Origin: Lama glama
Lineage: Eukaryota
NCBI GenBank assembly: GCA_028534125.1
Contig: CM052816.1
Location: 79,734,001-79,798,000, forward strand
DNA length: 64,000 bases
Direction of reading: 5' to 3'
The notes beneath the pieces were generated by a model. That model worked only from the letters and a program-made list of their open reading frames with translations, did not search any database and was not told the DNA's origin. Below are positions 39,627 through 52,971 of the stretch, one piece after another. Position 1 is the first letter of the stretch; every line of letters begins with the position of its first letter. A program made the translations under genes and the position numbers.

Positions 39627-42600
39627 CCTAAATGATCAGTTCCACTACAGGTTTTTTAGTGTGTGGAGCAATCCTCTCCCAGAAAGTACAGGTCGAGTCT
39701 ACATGATTTGCATTGAACAATACTGTGTGTTAGGAGAAGGCATGATTTTTTAAAAAATCTATTGGTGGTTTAGGATTCACATAATAGTAGAGAGTGATCC
39801 ACAAAAGTACACATAACTTCAAAGAGGGGTGGGAAATATATTCCACCTTGAGAAGCATTGACCAAAGATTCTGCCCTTCAAAGCCAGGACAGCCTAAACC
39901 TTTCCCAGAATAGTCCAATCTCCTCCAAGATGTAAATCAATGACTCTGATAGTACAAACATTCAAAAATAATCTTCTCTTCACATATAATTTGGTATATA
40001 TGGGGAAAAAATGTTATGGCTAAAAATTCACCTTGAACTGAATCCTTAAAAAAATGCCAATTAGCAAGTAAATTACTACCACTCATTCAGTAAAGCCAAG
40101 ACCATAATTCTACGGTCAATTAGCACTCTTTATTAAATTATGATCTATTTTCGATTAAGGAGTCCTGTAGTCAGATGGAAGGATGCAGAGACCCAGATTC
40201 TAGTCCTAACTGTGTTGCCTCAGAGCAACTCCTTTCTCTGGGCCTCAGTTTCCTCTGAGGAAATGTTAGACCAAATAATCTCCAATGTCTTTTTAAACTC
40301 TGACTCTTTGATTCCACGACGCACTGAATAGTTTCCAACAGCGGTTATTAACCGATGCTTTGTATCTTAATTCAGCTAACAAATTATCTCCCTTTGTTAA
40401 AGAAATACAAGTCCTCTTCAGTGATGTGCTCATTTTATTTCACTTTTAAATCATCAGTTCCAATTGTTCCTAACATACTGCACATGCATTTGATCAATAT
40501 TTTAGGTACAGACTCAAAGTCCGTTAGTAAATCCAGGCTATGTTGAAGATTTGGTCGTGGAGGTCTTAAGTAGAAACTTAGAAAGACAAAAAAGATTGCT
40601 TATGAGCTTATGATCTAACCAGAAGTTCTGTGTATAGTAATGGTCTGGACTTACGCTCAGCACATATATCATATGCAAATCAAATAGGAGTTGTCTCCCT
40701 AGCTTTGAGTCTTTCAGGAAGGTGAATTTTGGTCTGAGACCATTATGGCATCTATTTCAATGAAAGGAAAAGACAGAACGAAAGAAAAGATGTTTGCAGA
40801 GGTTTGAGCATCTCAGGAGTCCACAAAATGCTGAGAGTAGCCTGTTACCCCCAAATCTGATTGGAAGTAGTGACTCTAATCTGCTCGGTGTTTGAGTTTA
40901 TGGCTAAGAGGTGTCCATAACTCACAGTGCCGTGTGCCCACCACCATTTGTCCACATCGATTCCTTTGACATATGCTCTGATCTCATGTCAGGAAGCACT
41001 TTGATGTGTAAAGTGGAAAAGCATACACTGTTCATGTGGTTGTGGTCAATGAAGAGAAAGACTTCTAGATAAGCAGAGTCTGTTAGTTAACTTTTTACCT
41101 GCTGCTGATTAAAAAGAAAAAATAACTCTATACACTTCAGTTACTGAAATAGTACTATGAAAAATAACCTTTAATGGTGATGGTCAAATTATACTTCACT
41201 TCCAAATACAGTCTTGAGTTTTTCCACGCAAATTTCACAAATCTTGAGCGGGGAGAATCTTGCCGTTAGGTTATTTGAAATTGAAAAACTATAGGGCCGG
41301 GATGCTCCTGAAGAAGAATTTGTTTTATAAAAATTTCTGATAAAATGATTTTGAAGTTTGAAAAGTAACTACCTCCCCATCTCATCTTAATGTCCTTCCT
41401 TCAAAGCTGCTGACCATTTAGAAATGAAAGACGTCACGTCTCACACTTTGACTATTTTCTGTGACAGAGTTTTGGTGTATTTGCCATGTAACGTTTAAAG
41501 TAACTGCTCTAGAATTTTACATTGTCTTGCTTTCTGTGGTTCAAAAACTATACGACACATTGAAATATCTAATCCTCGTATTGTGATACCCACCAAGTAA
41601 TACAAAGGAAAATAATTGTTTAATGACTTAGAATCTATCAATGTGTATTTCATTGTGTCTGTGTCTGGAAAACAAAACTGACAAAAATATGTAATCATAT
41701 ATTTCTATTGAAATAGTGAATGTACTCATTTTTTTCACAATTTCTGTCTAGAGGTCAGTGTAATTTACCATCGTACAGCTGATCTGGGGGTAAATGTTTA
41801 AAGTACGATCCAACAATTGTTTATATCCAGCAACCCCTCAGCTTTGCTTCATGTGACCTGTGATACTTCTTGGGTATTATTTGCACCATGAGGCTCGTTT
41901 AGGGGCTTCATCAGTCATTTCAGATAACTTCAGAATCTCACGTGGAAACCAAAGCAATCTAGAACCAGCCTGTTAGGAGAGCTGTGTCTTCGGTAAAGCC
42001 ATATGGAAGTGAAGGCCATGGAATAGCAAGTTTCCATATTTTCAAAGCTATCACTACCTCTGCTTTTTTTCTCTCCCTAGAAAATGCCAAGCAAAACTCT
42101 TTAACATTATATGAGAGATTAGAAGTGAGTGTTACAGTAATTTGCGGGGGTTTGGTTTTGTTTTGTATTTACATGAGAAGACATCTTCTAATTCACCAGT
42201 TTGTAGGTTTACGCTAGATTTTCTCAGTAGCCATTTTTACATTTTCTAAAAACTGACTGACAAATAAGGGTCAGAAAATACATAGGAAGTCACCAGATGA
42301 AAAACCAGTAAAACCATAGATGCAGATTTTTTCCTAACCATGAGTCACCGCAAGGTGGTCATCCAAAGCCATGAAAATGGTATTTCTCACAATTTGATTT
42401 CCCTAAAGGCCCTAGAAATCAATCTTTTCCTCATTTGATTTTAATCATCAAATATATTATGAGGTGGGAAAAGTCGGCCCTACATGAGAAATAACCTTGT
42501 CTTGATTTTAAAAACTCATTTCTACATGAACTTACTGTATTTTTTTTTTTAGCCTTAAATAATCATAGACGACAATGGTCATCTGATTTATCTTGCATCT

Positions 42601-44540
42601 TTAATTCTGTAAATCTTTGGTTATTGCACATTATGCTTTCTGGTTTTCATGGATTTATTCATTTGTCTCCTCCGATTTTGATGGGACAACGTGGACACTT
42701 AAATCCTTACCAGCAGTATGGGAAATAATGCTAATTGCTATTACCACACATCTTCGTTTTTACTGCACGCCAAAAACAATGCTTGCCAAACAAAATCATC
42801 CCAATATAATATGATCATTATATTTCTCTTCATGTTATTGAAAATAACCAAGCTCAGTGCCTGGCTCAATAAACGTTTATTCCCCTCGCCTTCCCTTCCT
42901 CCATTTATTTTTATTTGATATGTAAATAAGCAGAATAACACATATGTGTGGCCGGAAACAATTTTCTTGATGGCTTTTTGCTGCTAAAGGATCTATAAAT
43001 CTAGAAATTGTTGTATAAATTGGACCAGAACAGTTTTCCTCCTTTATCTTCACCCCTCCATATGATGGCAAAACAGAATTTCCCTCCTTCATCCCACCCC
43101 TCACACAAGAAGCTGCTAAAAATTAAATGAGAGGGAACCAGGAACACAGGGATCAGATCAGAGAAGCTCATTTAAATGTGAAATAAAGGAAAAGCCAAGC
43201 CATCAAAAATGCGGAATGCTTTTGAACAGTATGATTCATCCATATGACTAACAGCATTTTTTTGGACAAAATTCATCGGATTAAATGTAAAAGGATAACC
43301 CTTTACTTTTAATGGCTCTAGATCTAGAAATCTTTACCTACTGTTGATGCTTGTGTGACAGAATTATGAGGTGGTGTGGGGTTGGCTTTACAAATTCTTC
43401 TCTGCCTCCTAAATTCTCTACATGCCATGTCTTACAGGGGAATGAGAAATGTCTTATGTGAGCATAACGCCCTAAAACTTGGCTTCTGTCAAAGAAGCAA
43501 TAACTCCTCCATGATTATGTTGGTGCCATCTGCCTTTAATTATTGGACACACTCTTTTGCTTTTAAACTGGAAAAATTGGACTGTCATTCACCAGACACA
43601 GCATTCATGTAATTCATGATGAGCTGGAAAAGTCAGATGTAGCTAATTTTCCAAATGGCTGCATGTACTTTCCTAAAAGAAAACCGAAATTTTACATTGC
43701 CATATCGTGCCAGAACTGTATCTGAAAACTTCAGCCCACCCAACTTTCTACAACTTACTAACCAAGTTTTACACATTCTAAACTCCCCGATTTTAAGGGA
43801 CTGGGAAATATAATATCCATTTAGTAGAAATCTTAAAACCTTGGGGATGGGGGTAAGGTGGGACTATAGGAAATGGGGTTATTGCGAAGCACCTAATAGG
43901 ACCTTACCAGCCAGGGAAGCAGATTCTTGCCAGATTTTCCTGTGAAAATCCTTCCAAATGACACAGGTGAGACTATAGCCATTCTTGATATTGTGAAGCA
44001 TATTCTGCTTTGGAGGTCTTGACACCTAGATTGGAATTCTTTTGTCTACAACCTCGCCTACTCACCCCACCCTGCAGCTTCTGCTGCCCATACAAGTGTT
44101 AAGTATTTTTCTCTTGTTACGATCAGGTTCACAGTAAAACATATGCTTACAAATGGACTTGAAGCACAGATATTTTTATGAATGTGATAAAATATTTTTT
44201 TAAGTAAAGGCTAGAGGATGTCGGTCAAATAAAACACCTGGATGTCAGTTGGGGAACACTGGTATAAGAAAAAGGAGCTCAGGAATTTTTATTACTGTAT
44301 TTATAAATGTGTTTGAAAGAATTTGTAAATGTCACAGGCACATTTTTAAGGTGACACACATTCGCTCCATAAATTATTAAAAATTACAAGATGAGCTTAA
44401 ATGACATTTTCCAGTCGTTTTACTTCACATAATCAATATTGATATTGTTACTGAACTGTGTAAATTCATGATGTATTTTTCAATCCTTTTTCAGACCAAC
44501 TGCTTTTGCAATGGTAGCAATGCTTAATTTAATTTGAATC

Positions 44541-44546
44541 AATAAA
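44541..44546 (+). terminator. Candidate distal polyadenylation signal of long-form PRLR
   Basis: AATAAA with a downstream U-rich element. Other AATAAA hexamers occur at 38458, 42868, 43182 and 44228. Confidence 0.45.
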
Positions 44547-45189
44547 TTACTTCCTAAGCAATGATTTTTGGTCTTTATATATATATATACATGAAACACA
44601 TTATTTTATGAATAATGTAAGTTTGGGAAGTTTTTATTTGTTTTGATGAAATTTATTAGGACATATTTTTTGAAAGAAGAAAAGAACGGCATTCTAAGTT
44701 TCTCTGGAAATAAAACACGCAGACACATGCTAAAATATTTGGCTTAGAACACTCATCCCAGGCATTTTTTTTTTCCAGGAACCCATTTTTATGCTCCCCT
44801 TTCAATGTATTCTCTGATTTTATTTTCCTACTAATTCTAAATCAAAACTGACATCTTGCTTCCAACCCAGCTAAACTCTACATCTTCTCTTTCCACTGCC
44901 CTCAAGTTCTCCCAGGTTTTAGCCATTTACCAGATCCAAGCCTTAAAAATGCTAACGTGCTTGGAAGGCACACAGATGTTCCCTGAGCCTTCTGGGAATA
45001 ACCAAGATCAATCACAATGAGAGTTTCCAAATCTGATACACAACCAGCTTTCCCAGATGACGCTTAAGCCACAAATCTCAGCACCGAGGATGCACAATTT
45101 TTTTTTTGTTTGCTTCTTCCTACCTAGAATTATCCTATGACTTCACCTAAAATTCCAGCTGTAATTTAATCTTCCATTTATGATCTTTT

Positions 45190-47580
45190 ATTTGTTACAT
45201 AAAATATTTCGACACACTTGAAAATTATTATAGAGGATGGTAACAACAAAGATCCACTTACCAACACCAAAACTTCACAAATACTGACTTTTTACCATAC
45301 CTGTTCTGTAATGAAACACGACAAACGCAGTAATTTGCATTCCTTAATAACCAATTCTCTAGCTCCCTCTCCAGTGGTAACCACAACCCTACAGCTGTTG
45401 AATAGCCTTCCTGGCCATTTAAAAAATGCATTTACTTCATATATATGTATCTATAAACAATATATAATTATTCTGGTATTTATGAATTTTACATAGATAA
45501 TAGCATATATCATTAAGCATCTTGATATTTTCTTCAACCAGCTTTGGGCTTTTTAGACCCAAACAGCTCCAGGTTATTGGTTTTATCTGCTGTATGCAAT
45601 TGTGCACATATATGCAATCTATTTGTTAACCCCTGTGTTAATCAATCTCCATTTCCACTATTATAAATGACTCTGTAATGAACATTTTTAAGCAAGTCTC
45701 ACATTTTAAGTATTTGCAACACTTTCTCCAGGATACACATCTAGAGGGGAAATTATTGGATCATAGGGAACACATATCTCAACATCTTCTTGATACTGAT
45801 AACTTGTTTTCCAAAGTGGTTGCACCAATGCATACCCCAGTCAGCAGTGTAATAGTTTTCATTCCCTTCTTAATCATTGCCAAGTGTTGTCAGATATTTA
45901 ATTTTTGACAATTTGATGGACATAAAAGACTTCATCGCTGTTATTTCCATTTTCATTGTCCTAATGAATCTGCTCTGTATCTGAACAACTCACCCTTGAC
46001 TTGCATATCTTTGATGCCATCTTTGTCATCTTCTGAGTTTCTACATAAGCCTTGAGACCACATCTGAGCTTCTGTTCCAGTCCAGTGGTCAGTTTGTCTG
46101 TCCCTGCTCTGATGTTTCTGTGTTTTATTACCCTAGTTTTATGCAGTCTTACTATCTAGTAAATTAATTCTTACACCCCCACAACTTCTTCAAATTTATT
46201 CTGACAATTCTGGGCCATTTATTCATTAGATGAATTTTGAGATAAGCCTATCAACTTTCCCAAAAACTTGTGCTGGTAATTAAATTGTTGTTAATAGAAC
46301 TTATGTGTTAATTCTGGGAGAAGTTACATTTTTATGAGTGTGTCTTCCTAATCATGAACGTGGTATCACTTCATTTACTTTTGTCTTTAATAAAGCTTTA
46401 TGCTATTCTTCATAAATGTTTACATGTGTTTTATTAGATTCATCCCTAGGCACCAAAAAAATCTCATTGCTACTGTAAATGGTATCTTTTTAAAAATTAT
46501 CTTATTCTACTAAGCAGTTGTCTCTTATATATAGAAATCACTGATTTTTTTAATATTGATCCCATATCCTGGAACCTTATTGAAATCTAATTATTAGTAC
46601 TTATAATCTGTAGGTTTTCTCAGATTTTCCATTTTTACAACTGTATCATCAGAATGTAACAACTTTGTTTCTTCTTTTCTGGTCCTTAGACCTCATTTCT
46701 TTTTTCTGATCTATTTCTTGGGGTTGGATTTCCAGTACAAGGTTGAATAGAAGCAGAATAGTGGACATTCTTTTTGTTCCTGACTTTAAAGAAAATACTA
46801 CTAAAATGTCACCATTAAGTAAGTCTCCTGTAGGTTTTTACAGATACCCTTGGTTGTGTTAAGAAAACTTCTTTCCATTCCTTGTCTGTTAATAATTTTT
46901 TTATCTTGAATTGGTGTTAAAGGCTCTCAAAATTTTTTTCTACATCTATTGATATGTTAATGTGGCTCTTCTCCGTTATTCAGTTAATACACAAATTATT
47001 ACAGAGAATTTATTGAGAGAAAATACTTCAATGTTAAGTTACCCTCGCATTCTTAGGGTGAATTCTACTTGGTCATGATGTGTTTTTGCAAACATTGCTG
47101 CATTCAATTTGCTAACATTTTATTTAAGAATTTTACATTTATGAGATTCATCTTTTGTGCTGCTTAAGATAGAGCTTTCTGAGGTGATTTGTAAACAAGG
47201 TAAACTCTTCTAAGATTATGGAAATTCCTCTTTCTCCTTGAAATTCTACCCATTTTTGCTTTATATATTTTGTGACTGTATTATTAGATATATATACATT
47301 TAAATATTCAGTCTTCCTAACAAACTACTCCTTTCATCATTGAATACAATCCCCTTTACCCTTAATGATTCTCTTTGTCTTAAAACATTTTTTTTTCCTG
47401 GTGCCAATATTGCTACACTAGCTTGCTTTCAGGTGGTAGTTCTCTGATGAATCTCTTTTCATTCTTTTGCTTCAGTTGTTTTAAGTTATTGTTTTAAGTG
47501 TTTCTTTTATGAACAGGGTATAGCTAGATTTTGTTTTCTCATACGAATGGAGAATTTTTTTCTGTTAGGTGATAAATCAG
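45190..47580 (-). mobile_element. Highly decayed ancient L1M
   Basis: T-rich sequence with residual L1 ORF2/3' motifs (gttgaatagaagcagaatagtggacattc, ttggtcatgatgtg, ttccaaagtggttgcacc). Confidence 0.75.
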
Positions 47581-49496
47581 TTCCCTTTTCCTCATTGGGA
47601 GCACCTTTTCTTCATTCTTTTGCAATCTGAATCTATTTGCAATTTAAATCAACCAACTCTGTGATAATCACTGTAGGAACAGGATATAATTAGAGGTCCT
47701 AGTCAGAGAATTCACTGTATCTGAGGGCCCGAGCTTAGGGGCAGCTCTTCTCCCATCCCTGTTTCAACCCTGGCCATAGGGAGCCAGATTCTAATGACTC
47801 TCCTCCTGATGCAACTGGAAGAGACAGTGAGCTTAGGTTGTGAAGTTCAAGGGAATGAACAACTGGAGAAATCCAACTGCTGAAGACCCTATACACAGAA
47901 CTATTTCTGCCATACATTCTACCAAAAAGAAATTAATTTGGATGTTCAAGGCCTTCCTTTTAACTCTTCCTCAATTAAGTGATCTGTCAGTCACTCGACC
48001 ACGCGCATTACTGAACAACACTTGACGAACACTGTGTTCCAGGCTCGGTGCTAGGATTCAGGAAGAATTAGGTACATGCTTTTTGTTCCCTTGGGAACTA
48101 CAGTCTAGTGGGAAGGCTGAGATAGCCATTGTGTCTGGTCTCACTAGACCGACTTTTTATTTAAAAACTATTGTCTAATAATTTCAGGTGAGACTTGACC
48201 AAAGAGTTCACCATAATACACAAAGAACTTTGACTCTACACCATTTTTCAAGAAAATCAGTACTGCCCCAAAGTCTAAGAGTGTCTGAGCCACATCTCCT
48301 TGCAGATCTTCTCCCCAACACAACTGCCATTTCTGCACCTCAGTCCGAGCAGCCGCACACGCTCCCCTTCCGAATCCACTCACTGTGAAATAGAACACCT
48401 GTACAAGGCAGGCTCACATAAGCTGGGTTTTATCTGGAATCCTTACAAACTGTTTTCCTTTCCTTCAATCCATCACTCCTAAATGAGTTAGAAGAGGGGA
48501 AGAGTCACTTTGGAAAAGCTTTTATTTATCCTTAGTAACTCTTACAGACCCTGCTCTGTTATTGGCAGAAGGTTTGGGTCAAAGAGTAAAGTTCACTCAG
48601 GATTTAACAGATAAATCATTAGTGAAACTGTGTGCAAATAAAACCTCCCTATAATTATTAACATGATGACAGAATTTCCATCTCTCCTCGTTTGCCAATT
48701 ATCTTTTTCAAGGAGAAATACCAATACTTTCCTGGCTAGTGAAATATATCTGTATCTTCAAAGTCATTCATTATCTGGGAAATAGAGAAAGCAAGTCTCT
48801 TAACTGACATCCTGTCCCTCCTATTTACCAGTCATCGGGTAGTGCTAGATAAAATGAAGAACATTACATCTGGCCTGCTTAAAGGAGAGAGAACAAAAAG
48901 AACCAGATGTTTCTTAAAGTCCCTGTAACTCAGAGATAATTTCTGTTTAATAGTAATTTTACCTGTGACCCTAGAGGAAGATCTTGGATTGCTATTTCAA
49001 ATGACTCCTAGACCTGGGGGATCTATGTTTCCTCTTCATCCTAGTTTTCAGATTCAGTGGATATCACCGTAATTCTAAAAAGATCAAAAGACCCAACATC
49101 TTGAAAAAAAATTGTGTGCCATGTTAGTTGAATTATGAATTGATGCCATCTTATTAGAGTGCATTTAAAATACACATACTTTTTTATTGAAGTATAGCTG
49201 ATTTATGTTGTGTTAGTTTTAATATACAGCATAGTGATACAGTTATATGTATACATTTATTCTTTTTCATATTCTTTTTCATTATAGGTTATTACAAACT
49301 ATTGAATATAGTTCCTTATGTTAAACAGTAGATAAAATGTACATACATTTTGACTTAGAAATCCCTCTTCAAGGACTTGTCCAAGGAAAAGATCCAGTGC
49401 ACAAAATTCTGTGTTCTAAGATGTTGGAGAAAATATTACTGTCCATCAATGAGGACTTACTAAATAAAATATATGGGCTTGTTAAATAAAATATAT

Positions 49497-51715
49497 GGAG
49501 ACTTCTGGCTTCTTCAATATGTAAAGAGCTTGGAAGATGTCACTCCCATTGAGGAAGATGGACAAACTGAAAACAAATGACTTTTCTTGAACCCAGCAAA
49601 GAAGTGAGGTTGCAGAGTGAAACATCACTCTGAAATCTAGAAATACAGGCAAATATTAAAATTCCCAGCCAAGATTTTCTTAACCTGGAGCCATAACTGG
49701 TAGAAATACTTAAATAGGAACTTTTGATAAACTGCTAGAGGCTGAGTGTAGACTAGCATGAGAAAGAGAAGCTCCCTGGTTGCCAGAATTTTAGGAGGTC
49801 CCTAAACTTTTATGGCATTACCTACAGGAACATCACCAGGTTGTCATGGTGATGATCCCTTTATTGCTCTGGCTGGGGAAGGGGGAGGGGAATCATCATG
49901 AAACAAACAGACTTCGCTTGAACAAAGATCTGTTCTCCAGGGAGACGACTCTGCCAGAGCCCTGTATCAGCTGTGTTTCATTCACACACCAGCCACCTAT
50001 ATGATTCCCACCTCACCTAAGGGAGAAAAAAGAACATACTCAAAAGGCATAACGGCTTCAAAGAAACAGACTGGCAAACTGAAGCCAGGGGAGGGAATAG
50101 AAGCAGAAATTTTTTCAGTTTGTACTCATAGAGAATCACAGCCCAGTCCAGAGACATAGGCCCAATTAGACACTGAGATCTAATCATAAGATTTCAGGGC
50201 TCCACTCCTACACTGTGGGTGGAATGTAATTTGGAACAGCCTCTATGGAAAACAATATGAAGATTCCTTTAAAAAATAAAAATAGAATACCATATGATCC
50301 AGTAATCCCACTCCTGGGTGTGTACCTGGGAGAAACCCTAATTTGAAAAGATACATGCACCCCTATGTTCACAGCAGCACTATATACAATAGCCGAGACA
50401 TGGAAGCAACCTAAATGTCCATCGACAGATGACTGGATAAATTAAGATGTGGTGTATATATATATATATATAATGGAATACTACTCAGCCATAACAATGA
50501 ATAAAATAATGTCATTTGCAGCAACATGAATGGACCTAGATATTATCATACTAAGTGAAGTAAGTCAAAGAAAGACAAACATCATATGATATCACTTATA
50601 TATGGAATCTTAAAAAAATGATATAAATGAATTTATTTACAAAATAGAAACAGACTCATAGACACAGAAAACATAGTTACCAAAGGGGAAAGTGGAGGGG
50701 AGGGATAAGTTAGGAGTTTGGGGTTAGCAGATACACACTACTATGTATAAAATAGATAAACAACAAGGACCTATTGAATAGCACAGGAAACTATATTCAA
50801 TATCTTGAAATAACCTATAATGGAAAAGAATATATGTACACATATAAAACGGAATCACTATGCTGTACACCAGAAACTAACACAACATTGTAAATCAAGT
50901 GTACTTCAACTTTTAAAAAAGGATTTTAGGGCTCCAGTATAATAATAGTGGGTTGCAGATCAAAGTGCTGCTCTGGCTCTATTTAAAGAGAAATTCTTAG
51001 GGAAGCCCTAAGATAACAGGAAACAAAAATAAGAACACTAGGGGAATTTGAATCCTCTGGCACCTACAACTACAGAAAACATTAAACACAACCCAGCTTC
51101 TAACCAGATTAACGTAAGACCTCACGCTTATTTACCTCAGGTCTTATTACCCAATATATCACGTGCAGCTTTCATCAAAAAGTTGCCAGAGATGCTAAAA
51201 TGATAGGGAAAAAATCACAGTCTGAAGAGACAAAGTAAGCACCAGAATCAGACTCAAATACAGCACAAATATTGGAATTATCAGACAATTTAAAACAACT
51301 ATGATCAATACATTAAGGGCCCTAATGGAAAAGGCAGGCATTATATAGTATCAAATGAGTCATGTAAAGAGAGAGATAAGAGACTCTCAGAAAGAACTGA
51401 AAGGAAATGCTAGAAATCAAAAACACATAATAACAACAAAACATAAGAGAAATGAAAAATGTCTTTGATGGGCTCATGAGTAGACCGAATAAGGCTAAGG
51501 AAATAATTGGTGAACTCCAAAGACAGGTAATAGAAATTTCCCAGATTAAAATGCAGTGAGAAAATAAAGTGGAGGGAAAAAAACATACAGAATCTCCAAG
51601 AACTGTGGAACAGTTTCAACAGGTGTAATAAATGTGTAATTGAAATACAAGAGGAGGAGAAAGAACCGGGAAGATATAATCGCCAAGAATTTTCTAAAAT
51701 TAAACATATCATGGA
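49497..51715 (+). mobile_element. Old L1 5' UTR/ORF1 region, interrupted by a younger L1 3' end
   Basis: ORF1-like remnants at ~51200-51700 (ttggaattatcagaca, aaatgctagaaatcaaaaacac, ctccaagaactgtgg). Confidence 0.7.
50205..50919 (+). mobile_element. Younger 5'-truncated L1 3' end nested in the older L1
   Basis: ccatatgatccagtaatcccactcctggg...catggaagcaacctaaatgtccatcgacagatg; near-perfect 17 bp TSD aagatttcagggctcca (50188-50204) / aggattttagggctcca (50920-50936). Confidence 0.9.
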
Positions 51716-52050
51716 ATACTATGAAAGAATTAAGAATGATAACTCAGATCTCTATATTTTGAATGAAAAGCTACATTATTGACTATAAGTAGTTTAGGAA
51801 ACAGCCTGTATATATGCAGGCATACACAAGTATAAAAATTTTTCTGAAAAAATCTTTACAAAAATATAGGTTAGATTTGCTCTGATTTTTATTTTCTTCC
51901 TTATGTTTTTCTAAGCTTGAGTTTGTTATTTACACAAAAAGCATCTATTGTATTGTGGTAATCAAAATAAATGTTTTTCCTTTGAAATAAAGAAGGTACA
52001 ACTTCTCGCTTTGAAGGTATTCAGATGCTGTGTTTGCTCCCTGACCCTAG

Positions 52051-52180
52051 TCAGCCCCTGATGCTGTGGGCTGCCTCTCACCATAACAATCTTTAAGCTT
52101 TCAGGCCAAGAAAAATCTCACATCAAAGGAGTTTATAACCTACAGTGTTCACAGAGACAAAATGGAGCCCAGTCCATTGG
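52051..52180 (+). other. PRLR: Homologue of human PRLR alternative terminal exon 11 (short isoforms S1a/S1b)
   Basis: The frame from 52055 reads PLMLWAASHHNNL*AFRPRKISHQRS, resembling the recalled human S1a tail DPLMLGASHYKNLKSYRPRKISSQGR. It is preceded by tttgctccctgaccctag, and its position just upstream of AGXT2 fits. Confidence 0.75.
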
Positions 52181-52239
52181 AGTTGAAGAAGGTATGCTAG
52201 ACTCTAGGAACTCAACATTTTCTCACCCCAGTCCAACAG

Positions 52240-52971
52240 TGTGACAAACTGGCCACCCCCGGGGGGGGGGGGCCGTGTCACCACTGGCCTCATTGATGTC
52301 AGTCACTCCCACAGTGGTTGACCAGCCATATCACAGACCCCAAGACATAAGGGGCTGGGAGCTGGAAGCCCATGCCAAAGGGGACAATTTACATTGAATT
52401 TAAAATACTTTTTGCACTTATCTGATGCCCTCACTACTTGTGGGAAGGTGGGGTAGAAGGTGGTTTCCCTGATGTTGATGGAGGATGTGGCCAAGCCAAC
52501 TGTCCTCCCTGAAGGGTGATATAAGATGTCCACTTTGTACAGTGCTCACCCAAGCCCACGCTTGTTGGAGGAGATCATTGAAAGGATGTGACCCCTGGTT
52601 GACCCATGAGCTGCATCCAGACACTCAGAGGCTCCTCACCTCCTTTTCTGTCCTTGGAATATATGTTCTGCCCATCATTCCCACAATGGGAGCTGTTCCA
52701 AGGATTCAGCCTTGAGCAAGTAATGTGGACATTACTGGATGGTGTAGATGACTGAACCCAGCTCATCAGGGTTCAGTGTACATGGCTGACCCAGTTAAGC
52801 CCTCTATATAAAATTTTAAGAGTCCAGTGGGCAGGTGCAGACATCTACTTGCCCAATGCTCATATGTAAATTTCCATTTGTTAAATCTGCCCCCTACTCA
52901 TCTGGAGTGGCCTGCCTCTTTCTTCTGTCTCTCCTCGCCCTCCATGTATGGGAGCCAGCTCTCAAACCAAC
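52240..52971 (+). mobile_element. Probable solo LTR (family uncertain) between PRLR exon 11 homologue and AGXT2
   Basis: TG...CA ends, TATA-like ctatataaaa at ~52804 and an LTR-like U5 (ctggagtggcctgcctctttctt). No convincing TSD found. Confidence 0.45.

Larger units (their letters stand above)
37491..44565 (+). other. PRLR: Putative long PRLR 3' UTR (~7 kb)
   Basis: Repeat-poor AT-rich stretch after the stop. AATAAA at 44541-44546 is followed by a CA and a U/GU-rich tract (tgatttttggtcttt), and L1-dense DNA starts shortly after. The end point is inferred; PRLR is known to have multi-kb 3' UTRs. Confidence 0.5.

Noticed and set aside
48188..48388. 66-codon frame starting right after atttcag, phase-compatible with exon 9 (possible extra terminal exon)
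   Set aside because: Weak pyrimidine tract and no similarity to short-form tails I can recall; unsupported without junction reads.
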